64,000 nt of DNA, taken from assembly GCA_903939735.1 (NCBI GenBank), contig CAJAIA010000028.1, positions 48,978 through 112,977 on the forward strand, given 5' to 3'. Below, piece by piece: positions 47,222 to 56,142 of this stretch. This DNA comes from an uncultured Ignavibacteria bacterium. Its GTDB lineage: Bacteria > Bacteroidota > Ignavibacteria > Kapaibacteriales > Kapaibacteriaceae. The notes under the pieces were generated by a model that made no database searches, had not been told where the DNA came from, and worked only from the letters and a program-made list of their open reading frames with translations. Position 1 is the stretch's first letter, and each line of letters opens with the position of its first letter. The translations under genes were made by a program, and so were the position numbers.

Positions 47222-49440
47222 CACCCACCCTTTGAAGCAGCACCCTGCCATTGCGTGCCGTCCCAGACGAGGATGATTGCTTGACCTGCTTGTAGCGTAG
47301 CGTCTGTGGCAAGCACATTGACGTTAGCTCCAGTAAGCGTGATATTCTTTGCTGAGGCAGGGATGTTCTGCACAATCACTACTTGACCAGGCGTCACACC
47401 ATCTTCCAGTGCGACGTTCTGATTGTTTGCAGAGCTATTGTTAATCCGCAGATATGCAGATGTTGACGACGCGAGTGTAGCACCTGCACCTGTCACTGTT
47501 TGATCAGTTGGAGGGAAGCTCACAACGTTTGAAGGCGATATGGAAGACACGTACCAACGTGAGTCAACGCCGGAATACGTGAACTGTGCTGACGATCTAA
47601 ATGCTATCGCTACCTTATCGTTGTCTGGCGTAATGATGCGATTGGCAGCAACGCTTGCTGTTGACTGTGGTTCGACAACAATCGGGTATCCAGATGCATT
47701 GATGATGGTAAATGTCTTACCAGCAACACCACCTTCAAAGCCTGTAATTGTTCTTGTTGCCGTTTGTGTTCCCACACGAACAAGCGCGAATCGATTGTCA
47801 TTGCCATCGAAATCAACATCGTTGTTGTTACCGGCAACAAGCGTTCCAGTGTAGCTGTACTCGGTGTACGCGAGGTCACCGTCCAGATCAAGCGTAGCAT
47901 CAGGCGTATCGTCACCAACCCCTACGCGTCCACCTGTGAAGATGGCGGCGTAGTTACTAGTTCCACCAGATACCGCGACAGAAAGTCCAATGTTTGTGCC
48001 CGTCCACGAACCTGTTGAAGAGATAAGCAACCCACGCTTCGTCAGCGTCGACGTCGACGTCGATGTGTTAATCAGCGACATCGTAGTGTCGTTGGCCGTC
48101 TGTGCTCCCGACTCAGACAAGGCAAGGAGTTCACTTGAACGGGATGTCGTGACAAGATTCAATGTGCGAAGTGTGGTGTCCCACGCTACGTCAGCTGACG
48201 ACGTGAGCTCGGTTGAAGACTTGAAGAATGCAACTTGCGTAGGTGTACCACTAAACGTTGCAGACACGGTAAGCCAATCAAGCGTTGCTTCCGATCCCGA
48301 GATCGAGGCGATACGCGGCACCTGCCCAACGGCTCCGAGTGTAGATGGCAACACATACGACGTGTTTGTCGTCATCGCCCCCGCGCGGAGGGATACTGTG
48401 TTGTCGGCAGGGTACGATGTTGATGCACTCGGTTCCATAAAGGTCAGCCGAGACGAACTATTCGTTGAGTTCGTAAGCACCAGGTCTGCATTGTGGACAA
48501 CGGCAGCGTTCGCATCGTCCACCTGATAGAGCGAATTCGTACCACTCCAAACCAGTGAGTTCGAACTTCGCACAGTTACACCACCGCCGCCGAGTATGAT
48601 ACTGTTTGACGAGGGGAACCCCGCCAGTCCGATTCGATTGTCATTGCCCGATAGGATCGTACTCGATACGCTCGCAACGATTGCATTAGAACTACCGTTA
48701 ATGATCACCGACGTATCGCTGGATCCATCGATACTGTTACTATCACCGGTCACAATCGCCGAAAGCACTCCATCGGCGAGATTGTAGTTCCCGCTCACAA
48801 CCAATGAATAATCATTTGTCGCACGATTTCGGTATCCCGAGACGACAAGCGAGTACACGTCAGACGTGAGATTGTTGCGTCCTCCAAGAATTGTTGCGTG
48901 TCGTGCCGTCGCACGATTCGAGTCTCCACCGATAGCGAGCGACAACTGGCCGGAAGATGTATTGCTCCGTCCAGAGAGGATTGCCGCGTATTGACCGGAG
49001 GCCGTTTGTGATGCAAGTTCACGACTCGCTTGCCCGTCGAACGCGCCAAGACCTGGCGATCCCTGTGGACCTGACATAAACGCCGTTCGACGACGAATGT
49101 TAAACGATCCTTGTTGCTGTTCTTCGAAGATGATAGGAACATCTATCGACGGAGCAACAGTCCACTTGAGATACGCCGTCGTGCCGAGCAAGCTCTCGAC
49201 TTGAAGCACTGCATTAATCGCTGGCGCTGGTGCCGAAGGAAGTAAGAGCGTGTAATCCTGCGTCTGCGACGTAGAGTCCTGCGGTGCAATCAGGATCGTA
49301 TTCTTTCGCGTGCCCGCGGCTGAACCACCATCGTTCAGGATGAGCGTACGTCCACGGAGATCCCCACTCTGCTGTGCGAATACAGGTTGATGTATTGCAA
49401 TCACAAGCAGCAGAACGAGTATGCGCATCGTATTGTTCAT
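47221..49440 (-). CDS. secreted repeat protein with YadA-head/Hep_Hag-like 14-16-aa repeats (operon gene D)
   Basis: Signal peptide MNNTMRILVLLLVIAIHQPVFAQ; repeats SLAIGGDSNRATAR/HATILGGRNNLTSD/YSLVVSGYRNRATND/YSLVVSGNYNLADG/VLSAIVTGDSNSIDG/...; C-terminal block GGRVGVGDDTPDATLDLDGDLAY; start overlaps gene C's stop. Confidence 0.65.
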   Translation of the reverse strand: MNNTMRILVLLLVIAIHQPVFAQQSGDLRGRTLILNDGGSAAGTRKNTILIAPQDSTSQTQDYTLLLPSAPAPAINAVLQVESLLGTTAYLKWTVAPSIDVPIIFEEQQQGSFNIRRRTAFMSGPQGSPGLGAFDGQASRELASQTASGQYAAILSGRSNTSSGQLSLAIGGDSNRATARHATILGGRNNLTSDVYSLVVSGYRNRATNDYSLVVSGNYNLADGVLSAIVTGDSNSIDGSSDTSVIINGSSNAIVASVSSTILSGNDNRIGLAGFPSSNSIILGGGGVTVRSSNSLVWSGTNSLYQVDDANAAVVHNADLVLTNSTNSSSRLTFMEPSASTSYPADNTVSLRAGAMTTNTSYVLPSTLGAVGQVPRIASISGSEATLDWLTVSATFSGTPTQVAFFKSSTELTSSADVAWDTTLRTLNLVTTSRSSELLALSESGAQTANDTTMSLINTSTSTSTLTKRGLLISSTGSWTGTNIGLSVAVSGGTSNYAAIFTGGRVGVGDDTPDATLDLDGDLAYTEYSYTGTLVAGNNNDVDFDGNDNRFALVRVGTQTATRTITGFEGGVAGKTFTIINASGYPIVVEPQSTASVAANRIITPDNDKVAIAFRSSAQFTYSGVDSRWYVSSISPSNVVSFPPTDQTVTGAGATLASSTSAYLRINNSSANNQNVALEDGVTPGQVVIVQNIPASAKNITLTGANVNVLATDATLQAGQAIILVWDGTQWQGAASKGG

Positions 49441-50198
49441 CAGTTCGTCATCCTTGATGCTTTGACATACGATCCTTGGAGTATCCGTATGGTGCCGCTT
49501 GACGTGACACCACCCCGCAGTTGAAGTGTCGACGTCGACGCACTCACAACGACGATTCCCTTGACGAGCAGCGCATTATCACGCGTTGCATCTGACGATT
49601 GCACTGGAAGGTCGATCACCGTGCCCGTGGTTGTCGTTACCCAATTCGGCGATAGACCTATTCCATCTGCGCCAACAACCGTCCACCGCAAGAGTGTTGG
49701 TGCTGGAGTAACGGCCACGGAGAGCTTAAGACTCGCATCAGTCGATGTACCATCGTACGCGATAAGTGCTTCGAACTCATACACCTTTGCTGCAACGAGT
49801 CCCGCGGCGCCCAAAAGTGTGAGATCAGTCATCGTGGTTGATGTAAGTGACTGATCGGCTGTCGTATAGGAGAACAGTGCTGCCGCAGCTGCCGCCTCTG
49901 GAGTCCACTCGAGCGTAGCCGATGTAGCTGTCGGCGCAGGCGAAGTGGCAATGCGCAACACCGCACCTGGAATGATAGGGATCGTCGACGGGAGTGTATA
50001 GGTGCGTGTCGCTGCGAGTCCAAGCGGTGCGAGGAATTCGACCGCATTTGCATTGTCGCTCATCAGGCGCAACAACCTTGTACGCACAGGGAGCTGCCCA
50101 CGCATGTCAGTAGCACCGACAAGCGCAAGGCACAGCACGGCCACGCATGCACTCAGCACGCGGCCTAGCGATCGAATATGGGAGGCACAACGTCGCAC
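49440..50198 (-). CDS. secreted hypothetical protein, paralogue family (operon gene C)
   Basis: Signal peptide then GQLPVRTRLLRLMSD motif shared with gene B; Thr/Ala-rich. Confidence 0.55.
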   Translation of the reverse strand: MRRCASHIRSLGRVLSACVAVLCLALVGATDMRGQLPVRTRLLRLMSDNANAVEFLAPLGLAATRTYTLPSTIPIIPGAVLRIATSPAPTATSATLEWTPEAAAAAALFSYTTADQSLTSTTMTDLTLLGAAGLVAAKVYEFEALIAYDGTSTDASLKLSVAVTPAPTLLRWTVVGADGIGLSPNWVTTTTGTVIDLPVQSSDATRDNALLVKGIVVVSASTSTLQLRGGVTSSGTIRILQGSYVKASRMTN

Positions 50199-50263
50199 GG
50201 TATTACGCGCTGCCGTGTGAACACATGCAGCGGTAAGCCTCTAGCAACTGAGATGTAAATCCG

Positions 50264-51130
50264 TTACGGTACAGGGATAAACATGTAAGAGATTCGCTCG
50301 CTGGTCAGGAACGGACCAGTGGATGTCACCGTGTACGTTGTACCAGTGAAACCAGTAATCGAGAGAATATTCCCACTTGGTGATCCGCTGATGTCATACG
50401 ATGTAATCACGATCACATCATTTGCATCTGGAGTAGCCGTGAGTGTGATTGTAGCTGTGAAACCAGCATCGGTAGGATCGACGACACCACGCTCAAATCC
50501 AGCGAGTGGATTCGTTGTCCACGTTGCCGCACCTGCAGCTGTCGACACCAGCAGTTGTCCGGCAGCACTCGGCTCATTGGTAGCAGCTGGGAAGTAGAAC
50601 GTACCACCCCCGGCGATGGCCGAGATGTTGTATGTGTGATTGGCAGCAATCGTCTCAGGAGCGATTGCGAGTGTCTGTGTCCCATTGGTGAAGATCATTT
50701 CCGCTGTCTCACCAGTCTGTCCCATCGTAAGCGTATTCGTTGCATCATCCCATTGGAAGCCAATCTCACCTGTCAGTGTGTTGGCGTCGTTCCAGTATGC
50801 AATGTAGTTGTCGGCTGGTGTGGTGCCGCCGTTGTCGACCAGTTCACCATTGACTGCATACCATGAGAGGTCGGAGTTTCCTGCTGTTCCAGCATTGGTG
50901 CGCAGGAAATACTGTGTCGTGCCAGCTGGTGCTGGCCACGTGGCGTTTGCGGCAGGCCACGTTACCGAGAATGACGTCGTCGTAGCCGTTGCCAGTTGCG
51001 TCATGGTTCCGCTCGTTGAACCAAGCAGTTGCAACTGTCGCGTACGAACAGGAAGCTGAGCTTGCACATCAACAGCACAAGCAAGGATGACTACGAGTGT
51101 AGTCAGCGAAATAAGGAGACGAGTGTTCAT
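50264..51130 (-). CDS. secreted hypothetical protein, paralogue family (operon gene B)
   Basis: Internal Met MNTRLLISLTTLVVILACAVDVQAQ with a GGAG RBS; AQLPVRTRQLQLLGS motif; Thr/Gly/Ala-rich. Confidence 0.55.
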   Translation of the reverse strand: MNTRLLISLTTLVVILACAVDVQAQLPVRTRQLQLLGSTSGTMTQLATATTTSFSVTWPAANATWPAPAGTTQYFLRTNAGTAGNSDLSWYAVNGELVDNGGTTPADNYIAYWNDANTLTGEIGFQWDDATNTLTMGQTGETAEMIFTNGTQTLAIAPETIAANHTYNISAIAGGGTFYFPAATNEPSAAGQLLVSTAAGAATWTTNPLAGFERGVVDPTDAGFTATITLTATPDANDVIVITSYDISGSPSGNILSITGFTGTTYTVTSTGPFLTSERISYMFIPVP

Positions 51131-51171
51131 TATACCACTCCAAGTGAAATGAGGGAAAGAGAGATTGTTCA

Positions 51172-52014
51172 TCATGGATTCTTCACAAGCCAATTCAACG
51201 ATTCATTAGGATTCAGTCCGCCAGGGAAACTGACGGTGAAGGATGTCGCTGTGCGCGATCCTGACACAACAACTGGCGTGATCGATACGCTGATTGACGC
51301 TTCGGGTGTGATCGTGATCGAGGCATCCTGCGCCAGCGCAAAACCCGCTGGCAGGGACACGACTACAGTGAACTGGGGATCAGACGTTGCGTTGGTGTAC
51401 CGACCCGACGCAATACCAAGTTTGGCTAAGAGGTCCGAGGCATCTCGTTTTGACAACGCACCGGTAGCATCAGCCATTACGATGCCGTCGTTCGTAGCAA
51501 GTGCTGGACGTTGTGAAACGCCAGAGAGTGATTGCATTGCGATTGCGCCGGTGGTGGGTGCAATCGTCATGCGCACAACGCCATTAGTCCCGAAACGCAC
51601 CGTTGAAGTATCACGCGAACCCATGTAGGACGTCGCCTGGAGCGAGTCATTCCCACTGAGCGACCAATACAGCTTGTCGGCATTGCCACCCGGCGCTTGC
51701 GTCCACATCAGGGTTACCCACACGGGTGCCACTGGCGTGCCGATATTGTACTGATACGCACTCACGGTTGTGTTGTAGATCAACAGCGATGTGGCTGGTA
51801 ACGCAATCGCATCTCGCTGCGCGGTGCTCATGCGTGGAGCAAGCATACCCTTTTGTGTGCTCGACAGTTCAAGAAGGGCCGATGGATCTGGTGTTGCTAT
51901 CCCGATACCAACATTCCGCGATTGAGCAGACAACTCCCCCACTCCCAGATGTAATAGGAATGCAACAACACAGCAGCGAAGCAGCAGGCCGATTGAGATG
52001 TCAGCGCGTATCAC
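51172..52014 (-). CDS. secreted hypothetical protein with NVGIG..TP...PRMS..QRDAI motif (operon gene A)
   Basis: GTG start; signal peptide; SRNVGIGIATPDPSALLELSSTQKGMLAPRMSTAQRDAIALPATSLLIYNTT...YQYNIGTPVAPVW resembles a motif I recall in Bacteroidota 'tail fiber domain-containing' surface proteins. Confidence 0.55.
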   Translation of the reverse strand: MIRADISIGLLLRCCVVAFLLHLGVGELSAQSRNVGIGIATPDPSALLELSSTQKGMLAPRMSTAQRDAIALPATSLLIYNTTVSAYQYNIGTPVAPVWVTLMWTQAPGGNADKLYWSLSGNDSLQATSYMGSRDTSTVRFGTNGVVRMTIAPTTGAIAMQSLSGVSQRPALATNDGIVMADATGALSKRDASDLLAKLGIASGRYTNATSDPQFTVVVSLPAGFALAQDASITITPEASISVSITPVVVSGSRTATSFTVSFPGGLNPNESLNWLVKNP

Positions 52015-52045
52015 GGTTTCCCAGAATTCTTGTCGTATAGCACAA

Positions 52046-52074
52046 CATTTTTGTCAGTTTATGTCACAAAAATG
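52046..52074. promoter_or_regulatory. inverted repeat CATTTTTGT-N11-ACAAAAATG in an AT-rich divergent promoter region
   Basis: 9-bp perfect arms, 11-bp spacer, between operon gene A (minus) and pth (plus); TACTTTTG -7-like box at ~52169-52176 upstream of pth. Confidence 0.35.
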
Positions 52075-52152
52075 TAGAATTCGCCAAGGGCTAAAATACG
52101 TCGCACATCGCCATATTCGGATTCGTAGTTCGGTCTTTCTCGTTGCAATTCA

Positions 52153-52779
52153 ATGAGTTGCGGTTGCGTACTTTTGTCGCAACACAACAGCGCAGGGGTG
52201 AATTACGTGGCACGTGCGGGGTACATCGTCGTTGGTCTTGGCAACCCGGGCTCGGAGTATGCAGCAACGCGACACAACATCGGGTTCATGGTCATTGATG
52301 CCTTCGTCGCTGCACATAAGGGCGTATGGAAGCATGGAAAGCTTGCCGACACATGCGAGATTACGCTCTCAGCCACCCGGGTGCTTGCTGTTAAGCCCCT
52401 TACATACATGAACTTATCTGGCAAAGCCGCTGCACACGTTGCACATGAACTCTCAGTGCCCGCCTCGCGCGTCATTGCGATCACGGATGAGTATAACTTC
52501 CCTACGGGTCGCATTCACCTCAAGCGTGGAGGGAGCGACGGCGGACATAACGGTATCTCCTCGATGATCGAAGAACTGCGTACACCTGAGTTCTGGAGGA
52601 TGCGGTGCGGCATTGATCGCAAGTTCGGGCCAGGTCAACTCGTCGAGTATGTGCTGGCCCCCTTCCCTGAGGAAGAGCGTGAAGCGGTAGAGCTCATGAT
52701 TCGATCTGCGGTAGTTGGACTCGACGAATGTATTCGGAGCGGACCCGAGATCGCGATGAATCGGATCAATCGCGCTTGA
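52153..52779 (+). CDS. pth: peptidyl-tRNA hydrolase
   Basis: YIVVGLGNPGSEYAATRHNIGFMVIDAF is the canonical Pth N-terminus; the true start is probably GTG at ~52198 or 52207 rather than the 52153 ATG. Confidence 0.88.
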   Translation: MSCGCVLLSQHNSAGVNYVARAGYIVVGLGNPGSEYAATRHNIGFMVIDAFVAAHKGVWKHGKLADTCEITLSATRVLAVKPLTYMNLSGKAAAHVAHELSVPASRVIAITDEYNFPTGRIHLKRGGSDGGHNGISSMIEELRTPEFWRMRCGIDRKFGPGQLVEYVLAPFPEEEREAVELMIRSAVVGLDECIRSGPEIAMNRINRA

Positions 52780-54004
52780 TAACTATCAGTGTCTTGTCAT
52801 CGGAATAATGTGCGCCTGCAGAGTACTTCTGCACATCGTCGATGATCGCAAGAGCAATATCCTGCGACGTCAATGAAGCGTTGAGGCGAACAACATCGCA
52901 CAACCGCTCTTCACCGTAGAGCGTGCCGGATCGATCCTGCGCTTCGGTGATACCATCGGTAAACATCACAAGGATGTCCCCGTGCGCCATGTTGATATTC
53001 TCAACACGGAACTGCTGTTCTGCGATAATCCCAAGAATGCCCCCGGTTGGATGCAGCTCTTCAAAGGTTCCTAGGGCAGCGCGAAAATGGAGCGGCGGAC
53101 AGTGGCCTGCATTCGCATAGAGAACGAGTCCGTTTTCCGAGTGTGTGAATTCGCAATAGAACAAGGACACAAATCGCTCGTGCGGGAACGTGTCGTACAT
53201 CAGCGTATTCAACCGCGAAATCAGTGACGACATCTTCGTTTCAAAGCTCACCGCCATGCGCATTGCACCGCTCACGAACAGTGCTTGAACGGCAGCGGGG
53301 AGCCCCTTACTCGCCGCATCGCTAATCACCACACCAAGTCGGTCGTGATCAGACGTCGTGAGGTAATCAAAGTAATCACCACCGACGACACTCTCCGGCA
53401 ACGAGAGTCCGTAAAGATCGAAGTCGCGGAAGCGGCGCGAGTGATCGGGCACAAGGCCTTGCTGGATCTGCCAGGCTTGATCGAGATCCTTCTGCATGCG
53501 GCGCTCGCGTAGAGCCGACTGCATATTGCGAAGAGACGTTGTCGCGGCTGCACCAGCGACCATCAACGTTTCGCGAAGCTCATCGGTGATCGTGTGCGCA
53601 GTAAAGGCAATCGCATAGCGATACACACGAATACCATCAACGGTGAGCACATCGCCAACACCCGTCAACGCATATTCTCGCGCACTATCCGGGAGTGTTT
53701 CCGTGGTCTCCACTTCCGTGTACGTATGCAGCGTCGAGAGTTGTGCGAATGGTGATTGTGCTTCATGGATATTCCGCACAGTGCCGATCGTCAGCGAACT
53801 TCCTTCACCGTACTTGTATTGCAGCACATAGGACGACGTTTGCTCGTCAAACTCCCATACGCGTCCACCCGTCATCACGAATCGATCATTATCGACGATG
53901 TCACGCACGAGCGCCGAAAGGAGATCAAGCTGACTCTCATATGTGAGCGACAGAATGCGATCGATGATCTTGTAGGTTGTGCGTTGTGTGCGTCCGGTGC
54001 TCAT
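52766..54004 (-). CDS. GAF domain-containing PP2C-type (SpoIIE/RsbU-like) serine phosphatase
   Basis: N-terminal GAF-like region; C-terminal PP2C motifs (GDYFDYL; DASKGLPAA; VMFTDGITEA). Confidence 0.8.
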   Translation of the reverse strand: MSTGRTQRTTYKIIDRILSLTYESQLDLLSALVRDIVDNDRFVMTGGRVWEFDEQTSSYVLQYKYGEGSSLTIGTVRNIHEAQSPFAQLSTLHTYTEVETTETLPDSAREYALTGVGDVLTVDGIRVYRYAIAFTAHTITDELRETLMVAGAAATTSLRNMQSALRERRMQKDLDQAWQIQQGLVPDHSRRFRDFDLYGLSLPESVVGGDYFDYLTTSDHDRLGVVISDAASKGLPAAVQALFVSGAMRMAVSFETKMSSLISRLNTLMYDTFPHERFVSLFYCEFTHSENGLVLYANAGHCPPLHFRAALGTFEELHPTGGILGIIAEQQFRVENINMAHGDILVMFTDGITEAQDRSGTLYGEERLCDVVRLNASLTSQDIALAIIDDVQKYSAGAHYSDDKTLIVIKRD

Positions 54005-54663
54005 GATAGCGCCTTGATGTATCCGTCACTCTGGACTATGCGCTGAATGGATTCAGCACGCTTCATCATTGGTACAAGCTCTTGCAGATGCTTGTGGAGA
54101 AGTTCAAGTCGCACTTGCTCGGAAGGAGCTTCGAGAAGCTCCTGCTTTTGCTCAAGTGAGAGTCCACTCTTTGTTGCCATTTCAAATGATGGACGCGGCC
54201 CGAGTTCTTCATGCACAAGCGTAGGTCCGGTAGGACCGTAGACAAGCGAGACGATTGTGTTATAGCAGGCAAGACACGCTGCCGTAAGTGCTTCGTCAAC
54301 CGGCACATCGTCGTCAAGCAACACCTCTACCTCACCAACGGCAAATGGGTGCTCATTACTCTTCAACTCGAGGAGCCGAAAGCGCTCCTTGCCTTCTACC
54401 ACAAGATCCATGCGACCATCAGGATAGCGCTGCGTAACATCAACAATACTGGCAGTGCATCCAATTGGATGCATGTGTCCATCTTCAACAAGATTGATCC
54501 CAAACTCCAAGCCCCGCTCAAGGCACTCTTGGATGAGTGCCTTATAGCGAGGCTCGAAAATATGCAGCGGAATTCTCGTGTGTGGAAACACAACGAGATT
54601 CAATGGGAACAATCCAATGGTCACTTGGCGAACTTCAGGTAGCGTTCGTTGATGCGACCCCAA
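54001..54663 (-). CDS. Lon protease N-terminal (LON substrate-binding / PUA-like) domain protein
   Basis: IGLFPLNLVVFPHTRIPLHIFEPRYKALI is the hallmark start of the Lon-N domain; 220 aa with no ATPase or protease part; ATGA overlap with the phosphatase gene; N-terminus overlaps the SOD stop, so the real start is probably downstream. Confidence 0.7.
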   Translation of the reverse strand: MGSHQRTLPEVRQVTIGLFPLNLVVFPHTRIPLHIFEPRYKALIQECLERGLEFGINLVEDGHMHPIGCTASIVDVTQRYPDGRMDLVVEGKERFRLLELKSNEHPFAVGEVEVLLDDDVPVDEALTAACLACYNTIVSLVYGPTGPTLVHEELGPRPSFEMATKSGLSLEQKQELLEAPSEQVRLELLHKHLQELVPMMKRAESIQRIVQSDGYIKALS

Positions 54664-55247
54664 TGGAGGTTATTCAAGAACGCGTCAATGTACTTTACGC
54701 GACCAGGACCATCCTTGTGATAGTATGCGTGCTCAAACACATCGCATGACACAAGTGGAATGCCGCCCCAGATAGCGCCGTAGTGGTGCTCGTCGACGAG
54801 CACATTCAACAGTCGTCCGGAGTACAGTGTGTCGAGACACAACACACCCCAACCTGAAAGCTTTGCTGCCGTGGCAGTTGCTTTGAAATCTGCCTTCCAT
54901 GCATCGAACGAACCGAATTCTTGTTCGATAGCAGCAACGACTTCCGGACCCTTAGCTGGATCTCCGTCGCCGCCGAGGACGTCCCAATACACATCGTGCA
55001 GCACAGTACCGCCGTGGTTCCACGTTTGACGACGCTTCAGCTCACCGAAATCGCTCCAGTTTCCATTTGCCGCACCCTTGTCGGCGTTTGGAAGCGCAGC
55101 TTCGATCTTGTTGAGGAATGTCACGTACCCCTTGTGATGGGTATTGTAGTGCCAATCTGTCGTCTCAGGTGAGATCACATCCTTCAGAAGATCTTTTGCT
55201 TCTTCATCACTGTAGGGACGCGGATTGAATTTCCATTCGTAGGCCAT
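54621..55247 (-). CDS. superoxide dismutase (Fe/Mn family)
   Basis: HYNTHHKGYV and DVFEHAYY metal-ligand motifs; 208 aa. Confidence 0.88.
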   Translation of the reverse strand: MAYEWKFNPRPYSDEEAKDLLKDVISPETTDWHYNTHHKGYVTFLNKIEAALPNADKGAANGNWSDFGELKRRQTWNHGGTVLHDVYWDVLGGDGDPAKGPEVVAAIEQEFGSFDAWKADFKATATAAKLSGWGVLCLDTLYSGRLLNVLVDEHHYGAIWGGIPLVSCDVFEHAYYHKDGPGRVKYIDAFLNNLHWGRINERYLKFAK

Positions 55248-55283
55248 GATTGTCTCGCTCGTAAAAGTGAAGAATCGTCCTTG

Positions 55284-55682
55284 TTATACGCCGAAGCTGC
55301 TGCCGCAGCCGCACGTCTTTGTTGCGTTGGGATTGTTAAACGTGAACCCCTTCCCCATCAGACCGTCGCTAAAATCAAGCGTCATGCCCATGAGGTAAAA
55401 CATACTCTTCGCGTCGATGAACACACGAACACCATCAGCATCGAGCACGAGGTCGTTCTCTTTCGCTGCTGCGTCGAAACCCAGTGTATACGACATACCC
55501 GAGCATCCGCCACCCTTTACTCCGAGGCGAAGTCCGTAGTCATCGGCGATATTGTTCGTCGCCTTGATCTTCTTCACCTCAGCGACCGCCTTGGTCGTGA
55601 TGAGGATGTTATCGCTCTCGTCTGTACCGATAACACTTGTCGGAATCGATACGACATCATTTCCCAAAATTGCGACACTCAT
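55284..55682 (-). CDS. iron-sulfur cluster insertion protein (HesB/IscA/ErpA family)
   Basis: GGGCSGMSY ... C-terminal TCGCGSSFGV cysteine motif. Confidence 0.85.
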   Translation of the reverse strand: MSVAILGNDVVSIPTSVIGTDESDNILITTKAVAEVKKIKATNNIADDYGLRLGVKGGGCSGMSYTLGFDAAAKENDLVLDADGVRVFIDAKSMFYLMGMTLDFSDGLMGKGFTFNNPNATKTCGCGSSFGV

Positions 55683-56113
55683 GAAACCTCCAATTGAACG
55701 TATTGACGCGGTGATGCGAGTTCGGCAAGAGACATCGACCGGAATGTTGCGTTGATGCGCTCTTGCAGAATTGCAAGTGGTGCTTTAATCGTGCAGTGTT
55801 CGTGCGCGGAGCACGAATGGTCGTCGGCATCCTGACAATCAACAAGAGCTCCCGACGCTCCTTCGATTGCATTGATGACTTGCTCGATAGACATACTCGA
55901 TGGATCATGAGCTAATGCGTAGCCACCATGAACTCCGGCGTATGATCGCACGACCCCTGCACGAACGAGTTGTTGTAGGACTTTCGCAAGGAGTGCCTGC
56001 GATATCGCATAGCGATCTGCAACGTCCTTCGCAGACACGACAGTATCCGGCCGCCGTGCCATGTCTTGCACAGCAAGGAGTCCGTACTCAACGCGTTTCG
56101 AAAGTCGTAACAT
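55679..56113 (-). CDS. Rrf2-family transcriptional regulator (IscR-like)
   Basis: MLRLSKRVEYGLLAV...HTH; three-Cys cluster-ligand region CQDADDHSCSAHEHC. Confidence 0.88.
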   Translation of the reverse strand: MLRLSKRVEYGLLAVQDMARRPDTVVSAKDVADRYAISQALLAKVLQQLVRAGVVRSYAGVHGGYALAHDPSSMSIEQVINAIEGASGALVDCQDADDHSCSAHEHCTIKAPLAILQERINATFRSMSLAELASPRQYVQLEVS

Positions 56114-56142
56114 CAGCCTACTCGCTCGCGGAAAAATGCGTG

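Noticed and set aside
40534-52014. Prophage tail-fibre module hypothesis for the 9-gene operon
   Set aside because: No integrase, terminase, capsid, portal or tail-tube genes nearby. Every product has a Sec signal peptide, the cluster ends in an outer-membrane barrel and a T9SS CTD protein, and the flanks are housekeeping genes.
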